Below, one piece after another: positions 51,581 to 60,897 of a stretch of DNA of 64,000 bases. The DNA is from an uncultured Alphaproteobacteria bacterium. GTDB lineage: Bacteria > Pseudomonadota > Alphaproteobacteria > Caulobacterales > Hyphomonadaceae. Each line of letters opens with the position of its first letter. Positions within the stretch are counted from its first letter, which is position 1. The stretch covers positions 119,584 to 183,583 of the forward strand of contig CAIKWZ010000075.1 in NCBI GenBank assembly GCA_903831255.1. The letters are read 5' to 3'. The notes under the pieces were generated by a model. The model saw nothing but the letters and a program-made list of their open reading frames with translations, made no database searches and had not been told where the DNA came from. The position numbers and the translations under genes were made by a program.

Positions 51581-51904
51581 GTAAACGTCCCCTGAACCTG
51601 ACTGAAACTGAGACCGCCGCTCTCAGATATCAAGAAGCCGTTAATCTGATTCGATCCGGCATTCGCCTCGTTCGCCGAACGACGACCGTGTCAAAAACTG
51701 CACACACGCGGCCCATCCGCCGATGGGAAGTCCTGAACAAAACTCGCGCCGACACTAGAGGGCGCCATCCAGGCCTTCAGCGCACCCAAAACAGAAAAAC
51801 ACGTCTCAACTATCGACCCTATTGAGCAAACTCATGCCACGTTCCTATATTTAGGGAGAAAGGTTATGCCTCAGGCGGCGGCGTCTTAGGTTTTTAAACG
51901 GAGA

Positions 51905-54900
51905 ATGATTTTGGATCCGAAACCTGACAATGACGACCATGGGTTCAAATTCGAACAAGCCTTCAGAGCCGCATACAGGAAAAGGGTCGACCTCCCGCCT
52001 CTTCACGACCTGTCGTCATTCATAAGACAGTATGCAAGCGACCAGCGCCAGGCAGACAAACTCCATCAGACACCCGAAGATGCCGCAGATCTGGCTCTCG
52101 ATCTCCTGGCGGCCGGTCAGATTGCGGCAAGGGAGGGCCGCCGACTTATACGCCTCCGACCCGCTAAAGAAAGCAACGACGCCTCCGAGACCTGGGTGGC
52201 CGAGATCGTCGGACCGGATATGGCCTTCCTGGTCGACTCCTCCATCGCGGCCTGTCGGGAACGAAGGGTTCCCGTTCACGCGGTAAGACACCCCGTGACT
52301 CAAGGTCAGGCGGGACCGTTTTCCTATATCCAGATCTTCATCCCTGCACTCGACGCGGCGAAACGAAATGGACTTCAGAACGCACTCTCAGAGGCGATCG
52401 CAGATGTAGAGTCAGCCAACCACGACTTCATCTCCATGCGCCAGAAAATGCGAGCGGAAGCCGACGCCCTGGCGAAGCTCGCAGCTAGGTCAGGCCCTTT
52501 TCAGGACGACCAACGTGAAGCCTGCGCTTTCCTGACATGGCTTACTGACGACAACTTCACCTTTCTCGGGGTCCGCGATTATGAATTCGCACGAGACGAG
52601 AGCGGTCGCCTGACAGAGGGAGAGCCGCTCCCGGTCAGGGGCTCCGAGCTCGGTATCCTGCGCGACAGAACTCGAAGCGTGCTGTCGCGCCGAGCCGAGC
52701 CCACTGCACTGACAGAACAGGTTCGGGAGTTTCTCAATGAAGCCGCCGCAATCATTGTGGCAAAGGCGAGCTTTGTTTCCCGGGTCCACCGACGGACCCA
52801 CGCAGACTACATTGGGATAAAAAAATACGACGATTCAGGAAACGTCATCGGCGAAACTCGATTTGTCGGACTTTTCACCTCGGAAGCCTATACCCAGTCA
52901 GTCGACATGATCCCTCTCATCCGACAGAAGGTTGAGCGCGTCAGACGTATGCACCCCAACGACTCGCGATTTTCAATCAAGACGCTGAATTCGGTCCTTC
53001 AGTCCTATCCGAGGGACGAGCTTTTTCAGATCTCAGAACCGGAACTCTTTAGAATTGCGGAAGGGATCCTCCAGCTGAGGATACGCTCAGACACAGCCCT
53101 GTTTATTCGACGAGACCGTTTCGACCGATATGTATCCGCGCTGATTTTCTGCTCAAGAGACTCCTACAATTCAGATCGGCGGGCCAAGGCGCACACACTG
53201 CTCGCAAAATCCTACGGCGGTCGAACATCTGCCTTCTATCCCGCCTTCACAGACGGGGCGTTAGCCCGTGTTCATCTGATCATAGGACTCGACACACCCC
53301 ATCCCGAACCCGAGGAAGGCGAACTTGAAAGCGCCGTGCGCAGGATCTTCGCTCGATGGGAGGACAAGCTCGAGCAGGCCGCCTTCCACAAGGGTCTGCT
53401 CTCTGAGGAGATTTCAGCCTTTCAATTCACAGACGCCTACAAGGAGGCATTCCACCCCTCAGACGCCCTGACAGATATCACGACCGTGATATCCATGCCT
53501 CCTGATCAGCGTCTCTTGGCTCGTGTTTGCGCGGAACACTCACAACCAGGCGAAACGCAGATCAAGATCTACCATCGCAACTCCTCTCTGCCTCTGACAT
53601 CGATTGTTCCTCTCCTCGAAAACCTTGGACTGTCCGTTCAGTCAGAAGTTGCCCATCCTGTGCGGATTAAGAAACCTGACCAGGAGCAGGAACAGACAGT
53701 TCATATTCACCACGTCATCGCACTGACCTCATCTATGCCTGGCGAAGCAGCCGGTCCCATCGAGAGGACCATTGAGGCCGTGTGGAGCGGCGAGACCGAG
53801 AACGACGCCTTCAACAGCCTGGTCACGCAGCTCGCAATAGACTGGAGACTGGCGGCTCTCTTGAGAACAGTGTGCCGGTTCAGAAGCCAGTCAGGCCTCG
53901 ATCCATCCGAGGCGGTTCAGATACGGTCCTTGCGGGATCACAAGACCATCACGCAAGACCTCATCAGTCTCTTCAAATTGAAGTTTGATCCTGACGCAGA
54001 CCTGAGTCTGGAACGGCGTCGCGAACTGGTGTCAGAGCTTGAGTCGTCTATTCTGAAATCGCTTGAGACAGTTCCTTCAGTCGAGGCGGATCGATGTCTG
54101 AGACGGACGCTCTCGGTCTTGATGGCCACGGTGAGGACAAATTACTTTCTTCTGAACACCCTCGGCGAGCGAGAACGCTTCATTTCTCTCAAGATTCGTA
54201 GCCGTGACGCCGGGCCGCTTCCGGCGCCTGAACCTCTCTTCGAGACATTCGTTTGGTCACCTGAAGTCGAAGGCGTCCATCTGCGCTTCGGACCCGTCGC
54301 GCGCGGAGGCATTCGCTGGTCTGATCGACGGGAAGACTTCCGAACCGAGGTTCTCGGCCTTGTCAAAGCCCAACAGGTGAAAAATGCCGTGATTGTCCCC
54401 GTCGGAGCGAAGGGGGGATTTTTCCCAAAACTTGCCGACCCAAGCCAGGGACGACAGATTTTTCAGGAGCGTGGGGTCGCAGCCTATAGTCAGCTCATTT
54501 CAGCGCTCCTTCAGATTACCGACAACATTCAAAACGGAGCCATCACTCGTAACCAGCGCCTGATTGCATGGGATGATGATGATCCCTACCTGGTCGTGGC
54601 CGCCGATAAGGGCACATCGGCATTGTCAGACACCGCAAACACTCTTGCGGAAAAATCTGGCTTCTGGCTCGGCGATGCATTCGCCTCCGGGGGCTCGGCT
54701 GGCTACGATCACAAGGAGATGGGCATTACTGCGCGCGGAGCCTGGGAAGCTGTGAAAAGACACTTCCGGGAGCTTGGTCGAGATACCCAGCAGGATCCGT
54801 TCTCGGTCATCGGGATCGGAGATATGTCCGGAGATGTTTTTGGAAATGGACTGCTCCAGTCAAAATGCACACGCCTCGTGGCGGCATTCAATCATCAGCA

Positions 54901-56755
54901 CATCTTCATTGATCCGGATCCCGGGGAACCAGAACGGTCATGGGCGGAGAGAAAGAGACTGTTCGATCTTCCACGATCAACATGGGCCGACTACGATCGA
55001 AACCTGCTGTCAAAGGGGGGCGCAGTCTTCGACCGCACGGCGAAATCAATCCAAATTTCGCATGAGATTGCCCGCCTTACCGGCATTGAGACCCCGAGGA
55101 GTTCACCCGATGAACTCATCCGCGCACTTCTCAAAGCGGAGGTGGATCTTCTGTGGTTCGGAGGCATAGGAACGTTCATTAAAGGGTCCCAGGAAGCTCA
55201 CTCGACGGTATCTGACCGAACGAATGACGCCATCCGCGTTAACGCCGACTGCGTGAAGGCAAAGGTCATTGCTGAGGGAGCGAACCTTGGTCTTACGCAG
55301 GCGGCAAGAGTGGAATTCGCGAGGCGCGGAGGAAGGATTAACACTGACGCGATCGATAATTCGGCCGGAGTCGACTGCTCAGATCACGAGGTGAATATAA
55401 AGATCCTTCTGGCGGACTGTATCGAGACCGGCCAGATAGCCCGAGCGGCTAGAAACAAATTACTGAAGGAGATGACCGCTGAGGTAGCGACACTGGTCCT
55501 TCGGAACAATTATGATCAGACGCTGGCGCTCAGTCTTTTGGAACGCTCAGCGACTGACGATATCGAGAACCACGAGCGCTTCATCAGGCGCCTTGAGGGC
55601 CGAGGCAGCCTTCGTCGCGATATAGAAGGCCTTCCCTCATCAGAGGCGATGGAGGATCTCAAGAAGAGGGGGGTGGGACTTACGAGACCCGAACTCGCGA
55701 TTTTGTTGGCCTACGCAAAAATGGACCTGTTTGAAGCGCTCATCAGATCATCAGCTCCTGACGACCCAGGTTTCGACAACCTCCTCAGACAATACTTCCC
55801 AGCCGCTCTCCAGGATCTCCGTTCAGGCCTTGATCGGCACAAGCTGCGTCGCGAGATCATTGCGACTGTTTTGTCAAATCGATTTGTGAATCTCGCAGGA
55901 CCTGGATTCGTTTCCGAGAAGATAGAACACGACGGTCGCGATGCGACACGAATGGCCCAGGCGCTGGAGGCAGCTCTGCGAGTTTTCCGCCTGGATGAAT
56001 TGGCCGCCCGCATCAACGCAGAAGATGGCCGCATTTCTGCAGTCGCTCAAATCGAAATGCTTACCGAAACCACCACAAATTTGAAGGTGCTCGCCAGCGT
56101 CTTCGCAGGCAGCCCCCATTTAAAGGAGGGAGGATCGGTCCAGGATCTCATCGACAGATATGCTCAGGCGGTCGAAGAGATAAACACCTATCTGCCTGAC
56201 GTCCTGTCTCCTTTTGTCTTGGCCCGTGTGCGTGCGCGAGAGGAAGGCTACCTCAATCTCGGATCTCCCGAGCCTCTGGCGCGCGATGTGGCGCTCGTGC
56301 GTGCACTGGCCTCATGCTGCGAGGTGACAGATATCTCGATACGAACAGGGTGGGCGCTCAAAAACGTGGCCAAGCTTCACCATAAGGTCGGAGCTTGGCT
56401 GAGAATTGACGAACTCCGCGCCGCAGCGCGGGACGCGGCGGCGTCTAACGAGTGGGAAAAAATCGCGATACAGAAAATTGCAGAGGAGCTTCCTCGCCAA
56501 CAGGCGGAGCTGACTGCCTCGGTAATCTCATCCGTGAGGAACGCCTCGGATCTTGAGCGGCCTGGGGCCGTTAGGGTGCAAGAGCAGACGTTCGCTCTCT
56601 GGGGGGACAAAAGAAAAGCCTCGATCGATCGTCTGGCCAGTCTCATGAAAGCCTCAGACGAAGGATCCGGCTGGTCTCTTGCAAAACTGGTGCTCCTGAG
56701 CGAGGCAGTGCGAGAAATCGTAAATAGCTGCCAGGACAACCTGGAGCGTCGGTAG
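51905..56755 (+). CDS. gdhB: NAD-specific glutamate dehydrogenase, large (about 180 kDa) class
   Basis: 1616 aa. Conserved core GPVARGGIRWSDR, VKNAVIVPVGAKGGF, VVAADKGTSALSDTAN, GDMSGDVFGNG. The TTG at 51911 is an alternative start with better SD spacing. Confidence 0.93.
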   Translation: MILDPKPDNDDHGFKFEQAFRAAYRKRVDLPPLHDLSSFIRQYASDQRQADKLHQTPEDAADLALDLLAAGQIAAREGRRLIRLRPAKESNDASETWVAEIVGPDMAFLVDSSIAACRERRVPVHAVRHPVTQGQAGPFSYIQIFIPALDAAKRNGLQNALSEAIADVESANHDFISMRQKMRAEADALAKLAARSGPFQDDQREACAFLTWLTDDNFTFLGVRDYEFARDESGRLTEGEPLPVRGSELGILRDRTRSVLSRRAEPTALTEQVREFLNEAAAIIVAKASFVSRVHRRTHADYIGIKKYDDSGNVIGETRFVGLFTSEAYTQSVDMIPLIRQKVERVRRMHPNDSRFSIKTLNSVLQSYPRDELFQISEPELFRIAEGILQLRIRSDTALFIRRDRFDRYVSALIFCSRDSYNSDRRAKAHTLLAKSYGGRTSAFYPAFTDGALARVHLIIGLDTPHPEPEEGELESAVRRIFARWEDKLEQAAFHKGLLSEEISAFQFTDAYKEAFHPSDALTDITTVISMPPDQRLLARVCAEHSQPGETQIKIYHRNSSLPLTSIVPLLENLGLSVQSEVAHPVRIKKPDQEQEQTVHIHHVIALTSSMPGEAAGPIERTIEAVWSGETENDAFNSLVTQLAIDWRLAALLRTVCRFRSQSGLDPSEAVQIRSLRDHKTITQDLISLFKLKFDPDADLSLERRRELVSELESSILKSLETVPSVEADRCLRRTLSVLMATVRTNYFLLNTLGERERFISLKIRSRDAGPLPAPEPLFETFVWSPEVEGVHLRFGPVARGGIRWSDRREDFRTEVLGLVKAQQVKNAVIVPVGAKGGFFPKLADPSQGRQIFQERGVAAYSQLISALLQITDNIQNGAITRNQRLIAWDDDDPYLVVAADKGTSALSDTANTLAEKSGFWLGDAFASGGSAGYDHKEMGITARGAWEAVKRHFRELGRDTQQDPFSVIGIGDMSGDVFGNGLLQSKCTRLVAAFNHQHIFIDPDPGEPERSWAERKRLFDLPRSTWADYDRNLLSKGGAVFDRTAKSIQISHEIARLTGIETPRSSPDELIRALLKAEVDLLWFGGIGTFIKGSQEAHSTVSDRTNDAIRVNADCVKAKVIAEGANLGLTQAARVEFARRGGRINTDAIDNSAGVDCSDHEVNIKILLADCIETGQIARAARNKLLKEMTAEVATLVLRNNYDQTLALSLLERSATDDIENHERFIRRLEGRGSLRRDIEGLPSSEAMEDLKKRGVGLTRPELAILLAYAKMDLFEALIRSSAPDDPGFDNLLRQYFPAALQDLRSGLDRHKLRREIIATVLSNRFVNLAGPGFVSEKIEHDGRDATRMAQALEAALRVFRLDELAARINAEDGRISAVAQIEMLTETTTNLKVLASVFAGSPHLKEGGSVQDLIDRYAQAVEEINTYLPDVLSPFVLARVRAREEGYLNLGSPEPLARDVALVRALASCCEVTDISIRTGWALKNVAKLHHKVGAWLRIDELRAAARDAAASNEWEKIAIQKIAEELPRQQAELTASVISSVRNASDLERPGAVRVQEQTFALWGDKRKASIDRLASLMKASDEGSGWSLAKLVLLSEAVREIVNSCQDNLERR

Positions 56756-56772
56756 AGCAAGGTAAAAGGCAC

Positions 56773-57300
56773 GTGGTCGATCGCGACATGACGTTTCGAG
56801 ACGCCCGAGCGAGCGACGCGGCGGATCTCGCCAGGATCGGGCGCGAAACGTTCGTCGAAACCTTTGGACACCTGTATCCGCCGGCCGACCTGAAATCCTA
56901 TCTCGACGAGACCTACAGTCTAGAAGCGATGAATAACGACCTGTCCAATCCCGACGTGGAGGTCCGTATCGCGTTTACAGGCAAGCGGATCACAGCCTAC
57001 TGCAAGATCGGACCAACAAAATTACCAATAGATACAGAGCGAGACCCCTCTCTCGAGCTTCATCGGGTTTACGTCTACGAGGCTCGGCAAGGCGTAGGGG
57101 TTGGAAGGATCCTGCTGACATGGGCGATTGAACGAGCTCGACAGCGTGGGGCCAAAAATCTGTTCCTTGGTGTTTGGGAAGGGAACGACCGGGCGATTTC
57201 CGTCTATGAGACCCGTGGTTTTCAGAAAGTCGGTTCCTATATCTTCCACGTTGGCGAAAGCCGGGACAACGAACACATCATGCGTCTTAGACTGTCGTGA
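56773..57300 (+). CDS. GNAT-family N-acetyltransferase
   Basis: Acetyl-CoA motif VYEARQGVGVGRILLTWAIERARQRG ... RAISVYETRGFQKVG. Starts at GTG 56773 or ATG 56788, 17-32 nt after the gdh stop. Confidence 0.75.
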   Translation: MVDRDMTFRDARASDAADLARIGRETFVETFGHLYPPADLKSYLDETYSLEAMNNDLSNPDVEVRIAFTGKRITAYCKIGPTKLPIDTERDPSLELHRVYVYEARQGVGVGRILLTWAIERARQRGAKNLFLGVWEGNDRAISVYETRGFQKVGSYIFHVGESRDNEHIMRLRLS

Positions 57301-57362
57301 GGTGTCTAGGGTCCCGGCACAATTCCACAAAAATGCAATGGATTTAGAGGGGCTATCTCGTC

Positions 57363-58160
57363 ATGGCGGATTTTTCAGCGCTGGTGTCTGATCCAGGCGC
57401 ATGGGCGGCTCTCATCTCGCTGGTTGTGATGGAGATCGTCCTTGGCATCGATAACCTGATTTTTATCTCCATTTTGACCAACAAATTGCCCGAGGCGCAA
57501 AGACCGAAGGCGCGGACTATCGGCATCTCATTAGCCCTTGGAATGAGACTTGCGCTGCTTGCGACCCTGGCGTGGATTGTTGGACTCACAGCCCCAGTCT
57601 TCAATCTTGGCGTCACGGGCCCAGTGAACGAGCACGGATATCCGCAGTTTGAAACCGAGTTCTCGTGGCGCGATCTCATACTGATTGCTGGCGGCCTGTT
57701 TCTGGTATGGAAGGCAACCACTGAGATTCACCACAACATGACGCCCGAACGCGAAACGGAAGGACCGAGTCTGGGACGGGTCGGGTTAAACTTCGGCGCT
57801 GCGATCTTCCAGATCATCCTTCTCGATTTAGTGTTCTCGATAGACTCAATCCTGACAGCCGTAGGAATGACGGACCACCTTCCGATCATGGTGATTGCTG
57901 TGCTAGCCGCAGTACTCGTCATGCTTCTGGCCTCAGGGCCGCTCGCAAAGTTCATCCACGACAACCCGTCGGTCGTTATGCTCGCTCTAGGTTTCTTGCT
58001 GATGATCGGGATGGTTCTCATCGCAGACGGCTTCGGGATTCACGTTCCAAAAGGTTATGTGTATGCGGCGATGGCGTTTTCCGCCTTCGTGGAAAGCCTT
58101 AACCTGATCGCCAGACGGCACAGACTGAAAAAAGCGCCCCCCTCGCAAGGCAACGAATAG
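57363..58160 (+). CDS. TerC-family integral membrane protein
   Basis: LVVMEIVLGIDNLIFISIL and LLDLVFSIDSILTAVGM paired TerC repeats, with about 7 TM spans. Confidence 0.85.
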   Translation: MADFSALVSDPGAWAALISLVVMEIVLGIDNLIFISILTNKLPEAQRPKARTIGISLALGMRLALLATLAWIVGLTAPVFNLGVTGPVNEHGYPQFETEFSWRDLILIAGGLFLVWKATTEIHHNMTPERETEGPSLGRVGLNFGAAIFQIILLDLVFSIDSILTAVGMTDHLPIMVIAVLAAVLVMLLASGPLAKFIHDNPSVVMLALGFLLMIGMVLIADGFGIHVPKGYVYAAMAFSAFVESLNLIARRHRLKKAPPSQGNE

Positions 58161-58196
58161 GCGGCTCTTCAGCGCTCTATGCATTGATGATTACGG

Positions 58197-58243
58197 CCTC
58201 GCCTCCAGCCTTAAGCTCAAACTAGGGCATGCTGGAGGCGAGG
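58197..58243. terminator. 13-bp perfect hairpin between convergent genes
   Basis: CCTCGCCTCCAGC-N21-GCTGGAGGCGAGG followed by GTTTAC, between the TerC stop (58160) and the peroxidase stop (58276). The loop is large for a classical terminator. Confidence 0.45.
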
Positions 58244-58275
58244 GTTTACACCGAAAGACACGCCTCGCGGTCAGC

Positions 58276-60057
58276 CTACTTCTTCATCGGATTTGAGTAC
58301 CTGAGATCGGAAGCGAGCTCGACATCATCAAGGGTCTTCATAAAGGCCACGAGAGCGGCACGATCCCCCGGAGAAAGTCCCAATTGTTGAGCGCCGTTTC
58401 CCTGGCGAAGTCGATTATCCAGGGCGGGACCGAGACGGATTCCTCTGTCATAGAAATCAACAACCTGCTCGAGAGATTCGAACCTGCCATCGTGCATGTA
58501 CGGGGCTGTGATGCCGACATTCTTGAGCGATGATGACTTGAAAATCCGGGTTTCTCCAGCATCAAGCCCATTACTCAGCGAGTTAGCGGCGAGTGAGAAT
58601 GTTGGCGGGAGATGGCATGCGGCGCAACCTGCGCCTCCCTGCCCTCGCCCAGTCATAAACAACTGGCGACCACGATTCTCCTCCGCCGTCAGATTGGGCA
58701 AATCGGCGCCGAGATTGCGGTTCGGCGCTGCGGCATCGAAAACCGTCGCATACCCTGTGTCCCATCGACTGGAGGAAGACACCAGAGATCGCTCGAACTG
58801 GGCAAGCGCACGACCGATCCGGACCTCGGAAATGACTGGGGTCCCAAACGCGAAACTGAACAACTCGGAGTAGTATCCCAACCCTTCCAGCTTAGCGATC
58901 AGGGCGCTGAAGCCGCCCGCAGTTTCACTCCAGCCCATTTCGATGGCGTTGGTGATCGGCTGAGACGCCTGACTTTCAACCGAAGAGCTTCGTCGATCCC
59001 AGAACATCTCACCCGGACGATAGAACCGGATGTTTCCCAACGCCATAGAGTGAGCAGACGTAAACGACGCGCCGTCAAAGCCGACACTAAAACGCCTGGG
59101 ATCTGAAAACCCATTCGCCTGCTGATGGCACGACGCGCAGGCGACCGTATCATCCCGACTAAGTCTCTTGTCATAGAACAGGACCCGACCCAGCGTTGCA
59201 ATCTTATCATCGACGCTGTTTCCCGGAGGGGTGTTGTCCAAAGCAAATACAGTCCCGTCGAAATAAGCGGGCAGCTCAAGACGCGAATAGATAGGCACGG
59301 TGTCAAAATCGACCGTCGTGAACTCGGCGACGCGGGTCGGCGTCGACGTCGACGGATTTGGAACTACACTCAAAGTCCTGGAAGAAGGACCTGAGCCTAA
59401 GCTGTTGAAGGCGGAAAGAGAGCACTGATAACTCGCGCCGTTGGCGAGACCCAGCACGATGATCGGACTGGAGCGTCCCGATACCGAAGTCGTGACCTGT
59501 CCTGAGCCGCAGGCAGCCACATATCGCACGATGGGGCCGCCGCCAGATGCCACAGGAGGATCGAACCTGAGGGCCGCGCTTGTGTTTCCCGGGGTCAGGC
59601 TGACTAAGGTTGGAGCTCCGGGCGTCCCAATCGTCCCGAGAGGAGTGGCGGACACCCCCGTCGACCTGGGCCCGGCCCCAAACGAGTTAGAGGCCGACAC
59701 CGAGCATGAGTAGGCCACCCCGTTTGACAGCTCCTGGACATCCAGAGGGCTGGACGATCCTGTCGCCGATACGGTTGCTGCGCCAACCGTGCAGAATGCC
59801 GAATAGCTGGTGATCGCGCTCGATCCGGACGAGGCCGGCGGATTGAACGAAAGGGATATCGAAGCATTTCCCGGTGTGGCGACGAGGCCCAGCGGAGCGC
59901 CAGGGGTGTTGACCTGCACGGCAACGTCCGAAGCGCCCGACGCCCCCCCGCCGCCGCAGGCGGTCGCCAGAAAGCAGCCAATCGCCGCGATCCAGACGCG
60001 ACACGGTGGGACGGGCGATACCCCGCCGACCCGCTCAGTCATGCCTCTTTCCAACAT
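58276..60057 (-). CDS. Lipoprotein di-heme cytochrome c peroxidase (CCP/MauG family) with two N-terminal Fn3-like modules
   Basis: Lipobox-like FLATA|C plus a Gly linker. Two roughly 90-aa repeats (PGAP..TPGN.S..L.F.PP.....I..Y...C...), each with 2 Cys. Heme motifs CASCH and CAACH, and YMHDGRF. The ATG at 60057 lies 6 nt after GGAG. The ATG at 60042 is an alternative start. Confidence 0.85.
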   Translation of the reverse strand: MLERGMTERVGGVSPVPPCRVWIAAIGCFLATACGGGGASGASDVAVQVNTPGAPLGLVATPGNASISLSFNPPASSGSSAITSYSAFCTVGAATVSATGSSSPLDVQELSNGVAYSCSVSASNSFGAGPRSTGVSATPLGTIGTPGAPTLVSLTPGNTSAALRFDPPVASGGGPIVRYVAACGSGQVTTSVSGRSSPIIVLGLANGASYQCSLSAFNSLGSGPSSRTLSVVPNPSTSTPTRVAEFTTVDFDTVPIYSRLELPAYFDGTVFALDNTPPGNSVDDKIATLGRVLFYDKRLSRDDTVACASCHQQANGFSDPRRFSVGFDGASFTSAHSMALGNIRFYRPGEMFWDRRSSSVESQASQPITNAIEMGWSETAGGFSALIAKLEGLGYYSELFSFAFGTPVISEVRIGRALAQFERSLVSSSSRWDTGYATVFDAAAPNRNLGADLPNLTAEENRGRQLFMTGRGQGGAGCAACHLPPTFSLAANSLSNGLDAGETRIFKSSSLKNVGITAPYMHDGRFESLEQVVDFYDRGIRLGPALDNRLRQGNGAQQLGLSPGDRAALVAFMKTLDDVELASDLRYSNPMKK

Positions 60058-60274
60058 GCGTTCTCCACGAACAATTGTCCGCCAGCATGACGAAACGTCT
60101 GAGCTGGCCGTCAGAAAGTTCATGGCTGGCTTGAATGAGACAACCCTGAATGTGTCAAAAGATGTATCAGATCGCTGATCATCTGGTCCCCAGGACGCGG
60201 TCAGTCAGGTCTGGCAGCACACCTGAAACGACCGACGGGGCTTTCCCAAAGTGTAAAACAGGCAGTGGCTGACC

Positions 60275-60709
60275 TCAGTGAGGCGTCGCCCCTTCGCCTG
60301 TCGACTCCTGCCGGAGCGACTTGAGGTAAGCGATAAGTGCGTCGGCTGCGATGACGTTGAAATCAAAAAGCGGCATATCCTCATGGCCAAGCTTGACGCC
60401 GTCGACCAGATGATTGACCAGCGCGGCGTCATCATAACGCCCCAGCAGGGCCTCCATGGAAGGCGCATCAGGTCGCCCCCCCGGCTCGGAACTCGATCCA
60501 AGCGCATGGCATCCTGCGCACTCGCGTTCAGCAATGAGCCTCCCCTGCTCAATCAATCCCGCATCGGGAGCGCCTCCGCGGGACACCAAGGAATCTCGGC
60601 TCAAGGCCTCAGAAACCTCAGGCTGGCGACCAGAATCGTCCCGCGTGCACGCACCAAGGACGAAACTCACGCCTAATACGCCTATCAGAGACACAAGATG
60701 ACTACGCAT
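60275..60709 (-). CDS. Lipoprotein mono-heme c-type cytochrome
   Basis: Signal and lipobox VSFVLGA|C, heme site ECAGCHA, and distal Met candidate GHEDMPLF. 144 aa. Same strand and upstream of the peroxidase. Confidence 0.8.
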   Translation of the reverse strand: MRSHLVSLIGVLGVSFVLGACTRDDSGRQPEVSEALSRDSLVSRGGAPDAGLIEQGRLIAERECAGCHALGSSSEPGGRPDAPSMEALLGRYDDAALVNHLVDGVKLGHEDMPLFDFNVIAADALIAYLKSLRQESTGEGATPH

Positions 60710-60897
60710 GCCTCAAATACTGCCTTATTTTGCATCGTCGAAAAAGGCGGGAATTCCCGTAACCCAGTATCTCGCATATTCGCACCTTCAGGCTCAGCAG
60801 CCTTGACCGGCATCGACCCCTCGCTTTTTCCCAGAAATGCCTGTAGAGGGACGCGCGTCAGAGACCCCTCCCCCAAGAAACGAAAAGCGCCCGAATC

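Noticed and set aside
57301-57362. A possible yybP-ykoY (Mn2+) riboswitch upstream of the TerC-family gene.
   Set aside because: The spacer is only 62 bp, too short for the roughly 100-nt or longer four-helix element, and I see no conserved motif.
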